DNA of 64,000 nucleotides, from positions 62,001-126,000 of the forward strand of contig NW_027254484.1 in NCBI RefSeq assembly GCF_044704955.1, read 5' to 3'. The DNA is from Pristiophorus japonicus (taxonomy: Eukaryota). The notes beneath the pieces were generated by a model, which saw nothing but the letters and a program-made list of their open reading frames with translations, was not told the DNA's origin and did not search any database. Positions 10,846 to 20,042 of the stretch are shown here, in pieces. The position numbers and the translations under genes are program-made. Each line of letters starts with the position of its first letter. The stretch's first letter is position 1.

Positions 10846-11337
10846 NNNNNNNNNNNNNNNNNNNNNNNNNNNNNNNNNNNNNNNNNNNNNNNNNNNNNNN
10901 NNNNNNNNNNNNNNNNNNNNNNNNNNNNNNNNNNNNNNNNNNNNNNNNNNNNNNNNNNNNNNNNNNNNNNNNNNNNNNNNNNNNNNNNNNNNNNNNNNNN
11001 NNNNNNNNNNNNNNNNNNNNNNNNNNNNNNNNNNNNNNNNNNNNNNNNNNNNNNNNNNNNNNNNNNNNNNNNNNNNNNNNNNNNNNNNNNNNNNNNNNNN
11101 NNNNNNNNNNNNNNNNNNNNNNNNNNNNNNNNNNNNNNNNNNNNNNNNNNNNNNNNNNNNNNNNNNNNNNNNNNNNNNNNNNNNNNNNNNNNNNNNNNNN
11201 NNNNNNNNNNNNNNNNNNNNNNNNNNNNNNNNNNNNNNNNNNNNNNNNNNNNNNNNNNNNNNNNNNNNNNNNNNNNNNNNNNNNNNNNNNNNNNNNNNNN
11301 NNNNNNNNNNNNNNNNNNNNNNNNNNNNNNNNNNNNN
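10846..11337. other. N-run (492 nt)
   Basis: Undetermined bases inside the presumed ZNF 3' UTR. Confidence 0.99.
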
Positions 11338-12384
11338 GGAGAGGGAAAGTGAGAGAGGGAGTGGAGAGACAGAGCGACCATCACATACAACAGCAGACAT
11401 TTTTCAGGAGGAGACCTTCGATCGAGAGCTGACTCGGGTCTCCCTCTCACCCCTCACCCCGCCGTCTCGCATTCCGCGCTCCGGATTTCAACCCGCTTCC
11501 CACGCCCGGCCCCCTGTTCCCAGGCGCGAACGCGCGGGTGCAGGCTATTCGACTCGAGGGGCATCAGGCCCACGGTTGAGACGTTGTTTCTCCGCCCTCC
11601 CCAGCGCGGAGGGAGGGAGGGGGTGGGCGGAGGGATGTGTGTGTGTGTGGGGAGAGGGTGGGGGGGGTGGGAAAACACGTGTGGCCTTGCCCCTCCCCTC
11701 CCCACCCACCCGTGAGCCTTCCGGAGGTAGGGAGCACTAAAGCTCGTATCGTCTCACGCCCCCGGTCCGCGCGCCTGTGCGGGGCGTGTGCGAGAGCGGG
11801 GCTCTCTGTACCCGTCGGGGCAGGGGGGGTGGGGGTAAGGAGCACGAGGTGATCTGATTGGTGTTTGCCTTGAGATGGGATTTGTGAGGGACGGGGTAGG
11901 GGAGAAGAGGGCGAAGGTGAGCACGGGCGGGGGAGGGGTCATGAGTCCGCTTGACCTCCTCCCCCCACCAGACCCCCCACCCCGACCCCAGCTTGCAAAC
12001 GGCGCCCTCTTCAGGGGAGGTGGGGAGCGGGCGGCGATACACGCCGCAGTCGAATAGCCCGCCGCGCAGCACGAGGGGCTTGTGGGGGTGCGGGGAGGCG
12101 GGGGAGCTGTGCGGTCCGCGATCGAGGGATAATTCAGTGTTTGCAACGTGCAGTAGGGGGAGGGGAGAGGGAACGGCGGGGGAGGGGAGGAGAGGGGACG
12201 GAGGGGGAGGGGAGGAGAGGAGACGGAGGGGGAGGGGAGTTGGGACCAAGTCCCCACAAGATCCCCTCGACCTGCCCAGCAACGACCGGATCCTAGCCCC
12301 GCCCACTCTTACCCCAACTCCTCCCCCGCCCTCCCGTGGGTGGGGGGAGGGGGTTAAGCCCCCACCCCAGCCCCCCCCCCTCGG

Positions 12385-15300
12385 TCAGCGGGGACAGGGC
12401 AGGGCCCGGTCGGCCGCGTGGCGGGGGAGGTGACAGGCCAGCTCAAAGGCCCGGGCAAAAGCCTCGGGGCAGTGGGGGCAGGGAAAGGCGGGCTGGTGCT
12501 GGGCCGGGCGACGGCAACGGTGGCCGAGCAGCTCCACCAGCCGGCCAAAGTCGCGGCCGCACAGGGCGCAGTCGTAGGGGCGGGGGGCGGCGGGGGCGTC
12601 CGGGCTGGCCGCCCGCGCAGGGAGGGGGGCGTCCGAGGTGCTGGCCTCCGGGGGTTGGCGGATGTCAGCATACGGGGCCTCGTAGCCCTGCGGGAGTTCC
12701 AGGCCTTGGGCCTGCGGGGGTTCGCGGTTCTGCGCATGCGCCTCCTCTAAGCCCTGTGGGAGTTTGAGGCCTTGGGCCTGTGGTAGTTGCCGGCTCTGCG
12801 CATGCGCATTTTCCGAGCAATGTGGTCGTTGCCGGCTCTGCGCATGCGCATTTTCCGAGCAATGTGCTAGTTGCCGGCTCTGCGCATGCGCATTCTCCGA
12901 GCCCTGCGGTAGTTGCTGGCTCTGCGCATGCGCATTTTCCGAGCTATGTGGTAGTTGCCGGCTCTGCGCATGCGCATTCTCCGAGCCCTGCAGCAGCTGC
13001 CGGCTCTGCGCATGCGCATTCTCCGAGCCCTGCGGCAGCTGCCGACTCTGCGCATGCGCATTTTCCGAGCAATGTGGTAGTTGCCGGCTCTGCGCATGCG
13101 CATTTTCCGAGCTATGTGGTAGTTGCCGGCTCTGCGCATGCGCATTCTCCGAGCCCTGCGGCAGCTGCCGCCTCTGCGCATGCGCATCCTCTGAGCCCTG
13201 CGGCAGCTGCCGGCTCTGCGCATGCAGATTCTCCGAGCAATGTGGTAGTTGCTGGCTCTGCGCATGCGCATTTTCCGAGCTATGTGGTAGTTGCCGCCTC
13301 TGCGCATGCGCATCCTCTGAGCCCTGCGGCAGCTGCCGGCTCTGCGCATGCACATTCTCCGAGCAATGTGGTAGTTGCCGGCTCTGCGCATGCGCATCCT
13401 CCGAGCCCTGCGGGAGTTGCCGGCTCTGCGCATGCTGCTCCCCGGCCTCCGGCGTCGGTGGCCCCCCCCGGCAGTGCCTGGCCCGGTGGCCCCTCAGCCC
13501 CCCGGGGGCCTTGAAGGCCCGGCCGCAGCGGGGGCAGGCGTGGGGGCGCAGCGGCGAGTGGGTGCGCCGGTGCCGGCCCAGCAGCGAAGGGCGGGTGAAG
13601 CCCTTGCCGCACTGGCCGCAGACGTAGGGCCGCTCGCCCGTGTGGAGGCGGGCGTGGTGGTCGCGGTCCCGCCCGCTCTTGAAGCGGCGGGGGCAGGAGG
13701 GGCAGGGGTAGGGGGCCCGGTCCGAGTGGGCCCGCAGGTGGCGGGCCAGCTCGTAGGGGTAGCGGAAGCCCTTGTCGCACTGCGGGCAAGCGTGCCGCGG
13801 CGGGTCGGGCAGGTGGCGCCCCCGGTGCTTGAGCAGGTAGGAGGCGGTCTTGAAGCGCTTGGGGCACAGCGGGCACGGGTAGGGGGTCTGGTCGGTGTGG
13901 GTGCGCAGGTGCTGGGCCAGGTAGTGGGGCCGCTTGAAGCGCTTGTCGCAGCGGGGGCAGGGGAAGGGGGCCTCGTCGGTGTGAGTCAACCGGTGGCGGA
14001 GCAGCTCGTAGGAGTTGACGAAGCCCTTGCCGCAGGCCGGGCAGGCGAAGGGCCGCTCGTCGGTGTGGCTGCGCTGGTGGCGGAGGAGGTGGGAGGCCCG
14101 GCTGTACCGGCGGCCGCACTGGGCGCAGCGGAAGGGGGCGGGCAGCGGCGGGTGCAGGGCCACCCCCGTTCCTCCCCGGTGCAACGGCGACGAGGAGGCG
14201 GCGGAGGAGGAGGCGTGCTCCTGGAGCTCGGCCGCCCCCTCGAAGGTCAGCCGGCACAGCGGGCAGGAGAAGGGGCCCTGGCCGGCGTGGCCCGCCAGGT
14301 GGTGGCGGGAGAGGGCCTGGGGGTCGCAGAAGGACTTGCCGCACACGGCGCACTTGGGGCGCTCGGGGAGGGGGGCGGGCCCGTCCGCGTTGGCCGCCGT
14401 TGTCGGGCCGGGGGCCGGGCAGGGCGGGGCGGGCCCGAGCGAGGTCGGCGTCAACGTTGGCGACGAGGCCCATGATGTCAACGTTGTCGTCAACGTTGGC
14501 GACGAGGCCAATGGCGTCAACGTTGGCGACGAGGCCAATGGCGTCAACGTTGGCGACGAGGCCAATGGCGTCAACGTTGGCGACGAGGCCAATGGCGTCA
14601 ACGTTGGCGACGAGGCCAATGGCGTCAACGTTGGCGACGAGGCCAATGGCGTCAACGTTGGCGACGAGGCCAATGACGTCAACGTTGGCGACGAGGGAGC
14701 GATCAATGCGGCGGAGGCCGCCACCGGCGCCCTCTGGTGGGTGCGCCGGTGACGGCGGAGCGTGCCGGGGTCGCGGAAGGCCCGCAGGCACTCGGGGCAC
14801 GGGTACGGCCGCTCGCCGGTGTGCGAGTACTGGTGCCGCAGGAGGTGGGCCGAGCGGCTGTAGCCCTTGCCGCAGGCCCGGCAGCGGAAGGGGCGGCGGG
14901 GCGGGGGCCCGTGCTCGGCCCGGCGGTGGCAGGCCAGGCCCCGGGGCCGGGCGAAGCGGCGGGGGCAGGCGTCGCAGCGGTAGGGGCGGGAGGGGTCGTG
15001 GACCAGGGCGTGGCGGGCCAGCTCGTAGCGCTCCTTGAAGGACTTGCCGCACTGGGGGCAGGCGAAGGCCGAGGGCCGCCCGTGACGGCGCCGGTGCTTC
15101 TGGAGGTACCAGGGCGTGGCGAAGCGCTTGGGGCACAGCGGGCACAGGTACGGGCGCTGGCGCTCGCAGGAGTGGCGGGCCAGCAGCTCGGGCAGGGCAA
15201 AGTCCAGGCCGCAGGAGCGGCAACGCTGCGCGTCGCCGCGCGGATCCGGCGCGCCGGCGGGCGGCGTCGGCGGCGGCGACGGCGGCGGCCGGCAGCGGTG

Positions 15301-15498
15301 GCGGGCCAGCAGCGGGAAGTAGCCGAAGCCCCGCCCGCAGGAGGAGCAGATGAAGGGCGTGCGGGGCGGGTGCAGGGCCCGGTGACGCCAGAGGGGCCAG
15401 GCGCCCGGGAAGCGCTTGCCGCAGTCGCCGCAGCGGTGGGGGCGGCGGGGGGCGGGCGGGCCGGGCCTCCCCCGGCGGAGCGGGGCCCGGCGCGTCAT
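12385..15498 (-). CDS. Multi-C2H2 zinc-finger protein, copy 1 (1037 aa, ~20 fingers, two coding VNTRs)
   Basis: Uninterrupted ORF with repeated CxxC-x12-HxxxH motifs, TGERPY/TDERPF linkers, three C2HC variants and A at Kozak -3; the second copy is also intact. Confidence 0.92.
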   Translation of the reverse strand: MTRRAPLRRGRPGPPAPRRPHRCGDCGKRFPGAWPLWRHRALHPPRTPFICSSCGRGFGYFPLLARHRCRPPPSPPPTPPAGAPDPRGDAQRCRSCGLDFALPELLARHSCERQRPYLCPLCPKRFATPWYLQKHRRRHGRPSAFACPQCGKSFKERYELARHALVHDPSRPYRCDACPRRFARPRGLACHRRAEHGPPPRRPFRCRACGKGYSRSAHLLRHQYSHTGERPYPCPECLRAFRDPGTLRRHRRTHQRAPVAASAALIAPSSPTLTSLASSPTLTPLASSPTLTPLASSPTLTPLASSPTLTPLASSPTLTPLASSPTLTPLASSPTLTTTLTSWASSPTLTPTSLGPAPPCPAPGPTTAANADGPAPLPERPKCAVCGKSFCDPQALSRHHLAGHAGQGPFSCPLCRLTFEGAAELQEHASSSAASSSPLHRGGTGVALHPPLPAPFRCAQCGRRYSRASHLLRHQRSHTDERPFACPACGKGFVNSYELLRHRLTHTDEAPFPCPRCDKRFKRPHYLAQHLRTHTDQTPYPCPLCPKRFKTASYLLKHRGRHLPDPPRHACPQCDKGFRYPYELARHLRAHSDRAPYPCPSCPRRFKSGRDRDHHARLHTGERPYVCGQCGKGFTRPSLLGRHRRTHSPLRPHACPRCGRAFKAPGGLRGHRARHCRGGPPTPEAGEQHAQSRQLPQGSEDAHAQSRQLPHCSENVHAQSRQLPQGSEDAHAQRRQLPHSSENAHAQSQQLPHCSENLHAQSRQLPQGSEDAHAQRRQLPQGSENAHAQSRQLPHSSENAHAQSRQLPHCSENAHAQSRQLPQGSENAHAQSRQLLQGSENAHAQSRQLPHSSENAHAQSQQLPQGSENAHAQSRQLAHCSENAHAQSRQRPHCSENAHAQSRQLPQAQGLKLPQGLEEAHAQNREPPQAQGLELPQGYEAPYADIRQPPEASTSDAPLPARAASPDAPAAPRPYDCALCGRDFGRLVELLGHRCRRPAQHQPAFPCPHCPEAFARAFELACHLPRHAADRALPCPR
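12780..13436 (-). repeat. 42-bp coding VNTR (AHAQSRQLPQGSEN, ~16 units) carrying TGCGCATGCGCA palindromes
   Basis: Tandem 14-aa units in the ORF; 13 perfect TGCGCATGCGCA counted by eye. Confidence 0.95.
14447..14696 (-). repeat. 27-bp coding VNTR (LASSPTLTP, ~9 units)
   Basis: GTCAACGTTGGCGACGAGGCCAATGGC tandem repeats. Confidence 0.95.
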
Positions 15499-16169
15499 CG
15501 TCCCGGGGCGGGGGAGGGTGGGGGCGCTACCCGACCGCGCGCATCGCCAGCCGCCCGCGCCGTCTCCCTCCTCTCCCTCCCGCCTTCCGACGGAGTACCC
15601 ACGTCTACCGCCCTTCTTCTCTCTCCCTCGCGATCGTCACAGCCGGCAAGGGGGGGGTCGCGAGTGGCGAGATAAATAGTCCGAGGCAGAGGGGGGGGTC
15701 GATGGATTGTCCGTCGAGGCTTCTTGCTCCGGAGGGTGGGGGGGCGTCCGTTCCGGGCCCCACGGTTGTCGCTGTTGGTCGCCGCTGGGTCGAGTCGCTT
15801 GTCACGCGCCGGTCTCTTTGCGGGGGGAGGGGGAGCGGGGCGACGATCGCACACCTCTGCCAGCAAACCTCCTTTTCGCACCCCCCCCTCTCACCCCTGC
15901 CCGCAGACCCCCTTGCTCTTTTGTTTCTCCTCCTCTTCTTCTTCCCGAGGGGGGCGTTGGGGGGAGGGGGGCAGGAGCGGGGGAACAGCCCACGGAGAGA
16001 GAGAGAGGTCGGTGTCTCTCGCTGGCCCTGCAAGGGGTGGGGGGGGGGGGGGAGGAGGAAGACGGGCGAGCGTTGAGACAATGCAAATGGCCGACGCGCG
16101 CGCTCCCCACCCCCGCACACACCCCCTCCCCCCACCACACAAGTCTCACAAGGGGAGGGGGAGGGGGGG
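15499..16169 (-). promoter_or_regulatory. CpG-rich 5' region of ZNF copy 1 (5' UTR/promoter or intron end)
   Basis: High GC and CpG; ATGCAAAT at 16081-16088; polypyrimidine tract plus TTGCAG on the minus strand ending at 16028. Confidence 0.5.
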
Positions 16170-16422
16170 GAGTCTGGATTCCGAAACATTCCGAATTTTG
16201 GAACTCTGGATTTTAGACGCTCAAAAATCAATATTGACCCCGGAATATCCCAAGTGCCCCAATTAATATATTTTGAGCTTTATCAATATAGAAGAGTAAT
16301 ATTATGCCCCTGAATAGTTCCCTCGCTGACTCATTCCCCCGTTGGTGTATTTACAGATAGATTGATGGACAGATATTGATCTCATTCCGTTGATATAAAT
16401 CTATCTGTAAATATATTCAGAT

Positions 16423-17313
16423 ATTGTCCGCATGTTCCCCCCCGCCCCCCAGACACCAGACTCCCGAAGCGAGCGCTCGACTCGGAACTCCTGCACGGGC
16501 GCGCGAGCCCCAAGGTGGGCAGAGGAAACGTTCTGCAAGGGACACACCCACTCCCCTCATAAAGTGCAACACCCCCGCCCCCCCCACCGACACCTGGGAG
16601 TCCCCCCTGTGCCCAAAGACCAGTCCGCCCCTAAGTGGTGGAAGTGCATCCGGGAGGGCGCCGAGCACCTCGAGTCTCGTCGCCAATTGCGAGCACGCAG
16701 AAAGCAAGCGCAAGGCAGCGGAAGGAGCGTGCGGCAAACCTGTCCCACCCTCCCCTTTCCCTCAACGTCTGATCTGTCCCACCCTCCCCTTTCCCTCAAC
16801 GTCTATCTGTCCCACCCTCCCCTTCCCTCAACGTCTATCTGTCCCACCCTCCCCTTCCCTCAACGTCTATCTGTCCCACCCTCCCCTTCCCTCAACGTCT
16901 ATCTGTCCCACCCTCCCCTTCCCTCAACATCTATCTGTCCCACCCTCCCCTTTCCCTCAACGTCTATCTGTCCCACCCTCCCCTTCCCTCAACGTCTATC
17001 TGTCCCACCCTCCCCTTTCCCTCAACGTCTCTCTGTCCCACTCTCCCCTTCCCTCAACGTCTATCTGTCCCACCCTCCCCTTCCCTCAACGTCTATCTGT
17101 CCCGCCCTCCCCTTTCCCTCAACGTCTATCTGTCCCACCCTCCCATTCCCTCAACGTCTATCTGTCCCACCCTCCCCTTTCCCTCAACGTCTATCTGTCC
17201 CACCCCGTGACAGGGTCTGCGACTCCCGTATTGGACTATTCAGCCACCTTAGGCCTCGTTTTTAAGAGTGGAAACAAGTCTTCCTCGATTCCAAGGGGCT
17301 GCCTCTAACGATG
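16423..17313 (+). mobile_element. RTE-clade LINE 3' fragment with minisatellite (16740-17206)
   Basis: Copy of 2386-3172. Confidence 0.8.
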
Positions 17314-17537
17314 AGATATAGACAAGTGATATTAACCCTTATACTCATTCCGTTATATACTCTCTGCCCCAATTTAAACAGAGAGAGATATTTTACGATA
17401 TTTAGACATTAATATTGACTCATTATCCCCAAGTGCTCCATGTGCGAAGTATGAGATGTATTAAAATACAGACACTAATATTAACCCCGTCAATATGCCC
17501 TCTCTCACTCACTGCCCCAATTACAGCATAGTTAGAG

Positions 17538-17999
17538 ACATGGAAACATAGAAAATAGGTGCAGGAGCAGGCCATTGGGTCCTTCGAGCCTGCCCCACCA
17601 TTCAATATGATCATGGCTGAACATGCAACTTCAGTACCCCACTCCTGCCTTCTCTCCATACCCCCCTGATCCCTTTAGCCGTAAGGGCCACATCTAACTC
17701 CCTTTTGAATATATCCAACGAACTGGCCCCCAACAACTTTCTGTGGTAGAGAATTCCACAGGTTCACAATTCTCTGGGTGAAGAAGTTTCTCCTCATCTC
17801 GGTCCTAAATGGCTTACCCCTTATCCTTAGACTGTGTGAGCCCTGGTTCTGGACTTCCCCAACATCGGGAACATTCTTCCCGCATCTAACCTGTCCAGTC
17901 CCGTCAGAATTTGACATGTTTCCTATCAGATCCCCCTCTCATCCTTCTAAACTCCAGCGAATATAAGTCCAGTCGATCCAGTCTCTCCTGATATGTCAG
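17538..17999 (-). mobile_element. CR1-A medium form
   Basis: Copy of 3397-3860. Confidence 0.85.
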
Positions 18000-18842
18000 A
18001 AATTAACCCCTCGATGATGTCCTCTCTCACAAGCTGCCCCAATTGAAGCACAGCGAGCTATTTCGGAGATATATGAATGTAGAAAGATTCATATGGATCC
18101 CAGGTTATCCCAAGTGAGATATATTAATATACCGGCAGTAATATTAACCCTTGAAGGACACCCTCCCTCACACCTTGCCTCAATTGAGAGAGAGTTAGCG
18201 ATATTGAAGTATATATTAATATACAAAGATTAATATTGGTTCCTGATGATCCCAAGTGCTATACATGAGCTATATTAATATACAGGCAGTAATATTAACC
18301 CTTGAAGGTCACCCTCCCTCACACCTTGCCTCAATTTAAGCAAATTGAGGAATTTTAAGATATTTCGAGCTCTGTTCAAAGAAAAACATTAATATTGCTG
18401 CCTGGTGATCCCAAGTGCTATATATGAGATATATTAATATACGGGCAGTAATATTAAGCCCTCACTGATGCCCTCCCTCCATCCCTGCCCCAATTGAGGG
18501 AGTTTTGGAGCTATTTAGAGACATATTAATGTATAAACAGTAATATTGACCCCCAGCCACTTGGCCTCAGTGCCCCAGGGCCCTCTTGCAGCATTTATTC
18601 AGGTGCATTGATCCCTGGGGCACCCCACTAGTTACTGATTGCCGACCCGAGAATGAACAGTTGTCCCGACTCTCTGTTCTCTGTTAGTGAGCCCATCCTC
18701 CATCTGTGCTAATATATTACCTCCAAACCCCGCGAGCTTTTATCTTGCGCAGTAACCTCTCATGTGGTACTTTATCGAAGGATTGCTCAAACTCCCTTCG
18801 GTCACTGAGCAGGGAAGGGGGTTTGGGTCCACTGGGATTCTC

Positions 18843-19442
18843 ACATCAGAAATAGGAGCCAGGAGTGGGCCATTCGGCCCCTCGAGCCCTGCTCCGCCAT
18901 TTAATACGATCGTGGGCTGATCCGATCATGGACCCAGCTCCACTTCCCTGCCCGCCCCCTTATCGGTTAAGGAACTGTCTATCTCTGTCTTAAATATATT
19001 CAATGTCCCGGCTTCCACAGCTCTCTGAGGCAGCGAGTTCCACAGATTTACAACCCTCTGAGAGAAGAAATTCCTTCTCATCTCAGTTTTAAATGGGCGG
19101 CCCCTTATTCTAAGACCATGCCCCCTAGTTCTAGTCTCCCCCATCAGTGGGAACATCCACTCTGCATCCACCTTGTCGAGCCCCCCCCTCATAATCTGAT
19201 ACCTTTCGATAAGATCGCCTCTCATTCTTCTGAACTCCAATGAGTAGAGGCCCCAACCTCCTCAACCTTTCCTCATAAGTCAACCCCCTCATCCCCGGAA
19301 TCGACCGAGTGAACCTTCTCTGAACTGCCTCCAAAGCAAAGTGTGTCCTTTGGTAAATACGGAGAGCAAAACTGTGCACGCAGTACTCCAGGTGTGGCCT
19401 CACCAATACCCTGTGTAACTGGAGCAAGACTTCCCTGCTTTT
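18843..19442 (-). mobile_element. CR1-B LINE 3' fragment
   Basis: Copy of 1185-1782. Confidence 0.88.
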
Positions 19443-19562
19443 GTACATACAGGGAATAATACACAAAGATTAAATATTGTTTCCCGATTATCCCAAGTTC
19501 CCCAATCGATACAGTCACAGAGATATTAATCGTTGGCGACGAATATTTAATCCCAGATTACT

Positions 19563-19598
<36 letters not shown>

Positions 19599-20042
19599 CC
19601 CCAATTGCAGCCTATTGAGCTGTTTTAAGATATTTTGAGATCGAGTAAACGTACAGGTGGAGAGGCCGCTCCGGATTCCGGGGGATTTCCGGATTCCGGA
19701 ACGTCGTTGCCTGGGCTGAGGTTGGTGGGGTTGGCCAGCTGAGGTTAGTGGGGGAGGGGAGAGCGGGGGAGCCGAGGAGGGCGAGGGGAGAGTCTGGATT
19801 CCGAAACATTCCGAATTTTGGAACTCTGGATTTTAGACGCTCAAAAATCAATATTGACCCCGGAATATCCCAAGTGCCCCAATTAATATATTTTGAGCTT
19901 TATCAATATAGAAGAGTAATATTATGCCCCTGAATAGTTCCCTCGCTGACTCATTCCCCCGTTGATGTATTTACAGATAGATTGATGGACAGATATTGAT
20001 CTCATTCCGTTGATATAAATCTATCTGTAAATATATTCAGAT

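Noticed and set aside
10594-11740. ORFs spanning the N-runs (also 44568-45684)
   Set aside because: They are open only because N codons are not stops.
11737-12306. Downstream minus-strand ORF containing LFDCGV as a further ZNF exon
   Set aside because: No complete C2H2 pattern, and the frame diverges between the two copies after an indel.
12385-15498. Assignment as PRDM9, a KRAB-ZNF or a named ZNF ortholog
   Set aside because: No SET, KRAB, BTB or SCAN domain is visible, the fingers are not a homogeneous 84-bp minisatellite, and I cannot name an ortholog without a search.
12764-15675. Antisense and alternative-frame ORFs over the ZNF (Cys-rich CGSCRLCACA 287 aa; 647-aa and 704-aa frames)
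   Set aside because: Expected shadows of very GC-rich and repetitive coding DNA; their extents differ between the two copies and no domain is recognisable.
15860-16400. snRNA or tRNA gene suggested by the octamer and tandem-array context
   Set aside because: No recognisable snRNA, tRNA or 5S sequence, PSE, or A/B-box pair with a T-run terminator was found by eye.
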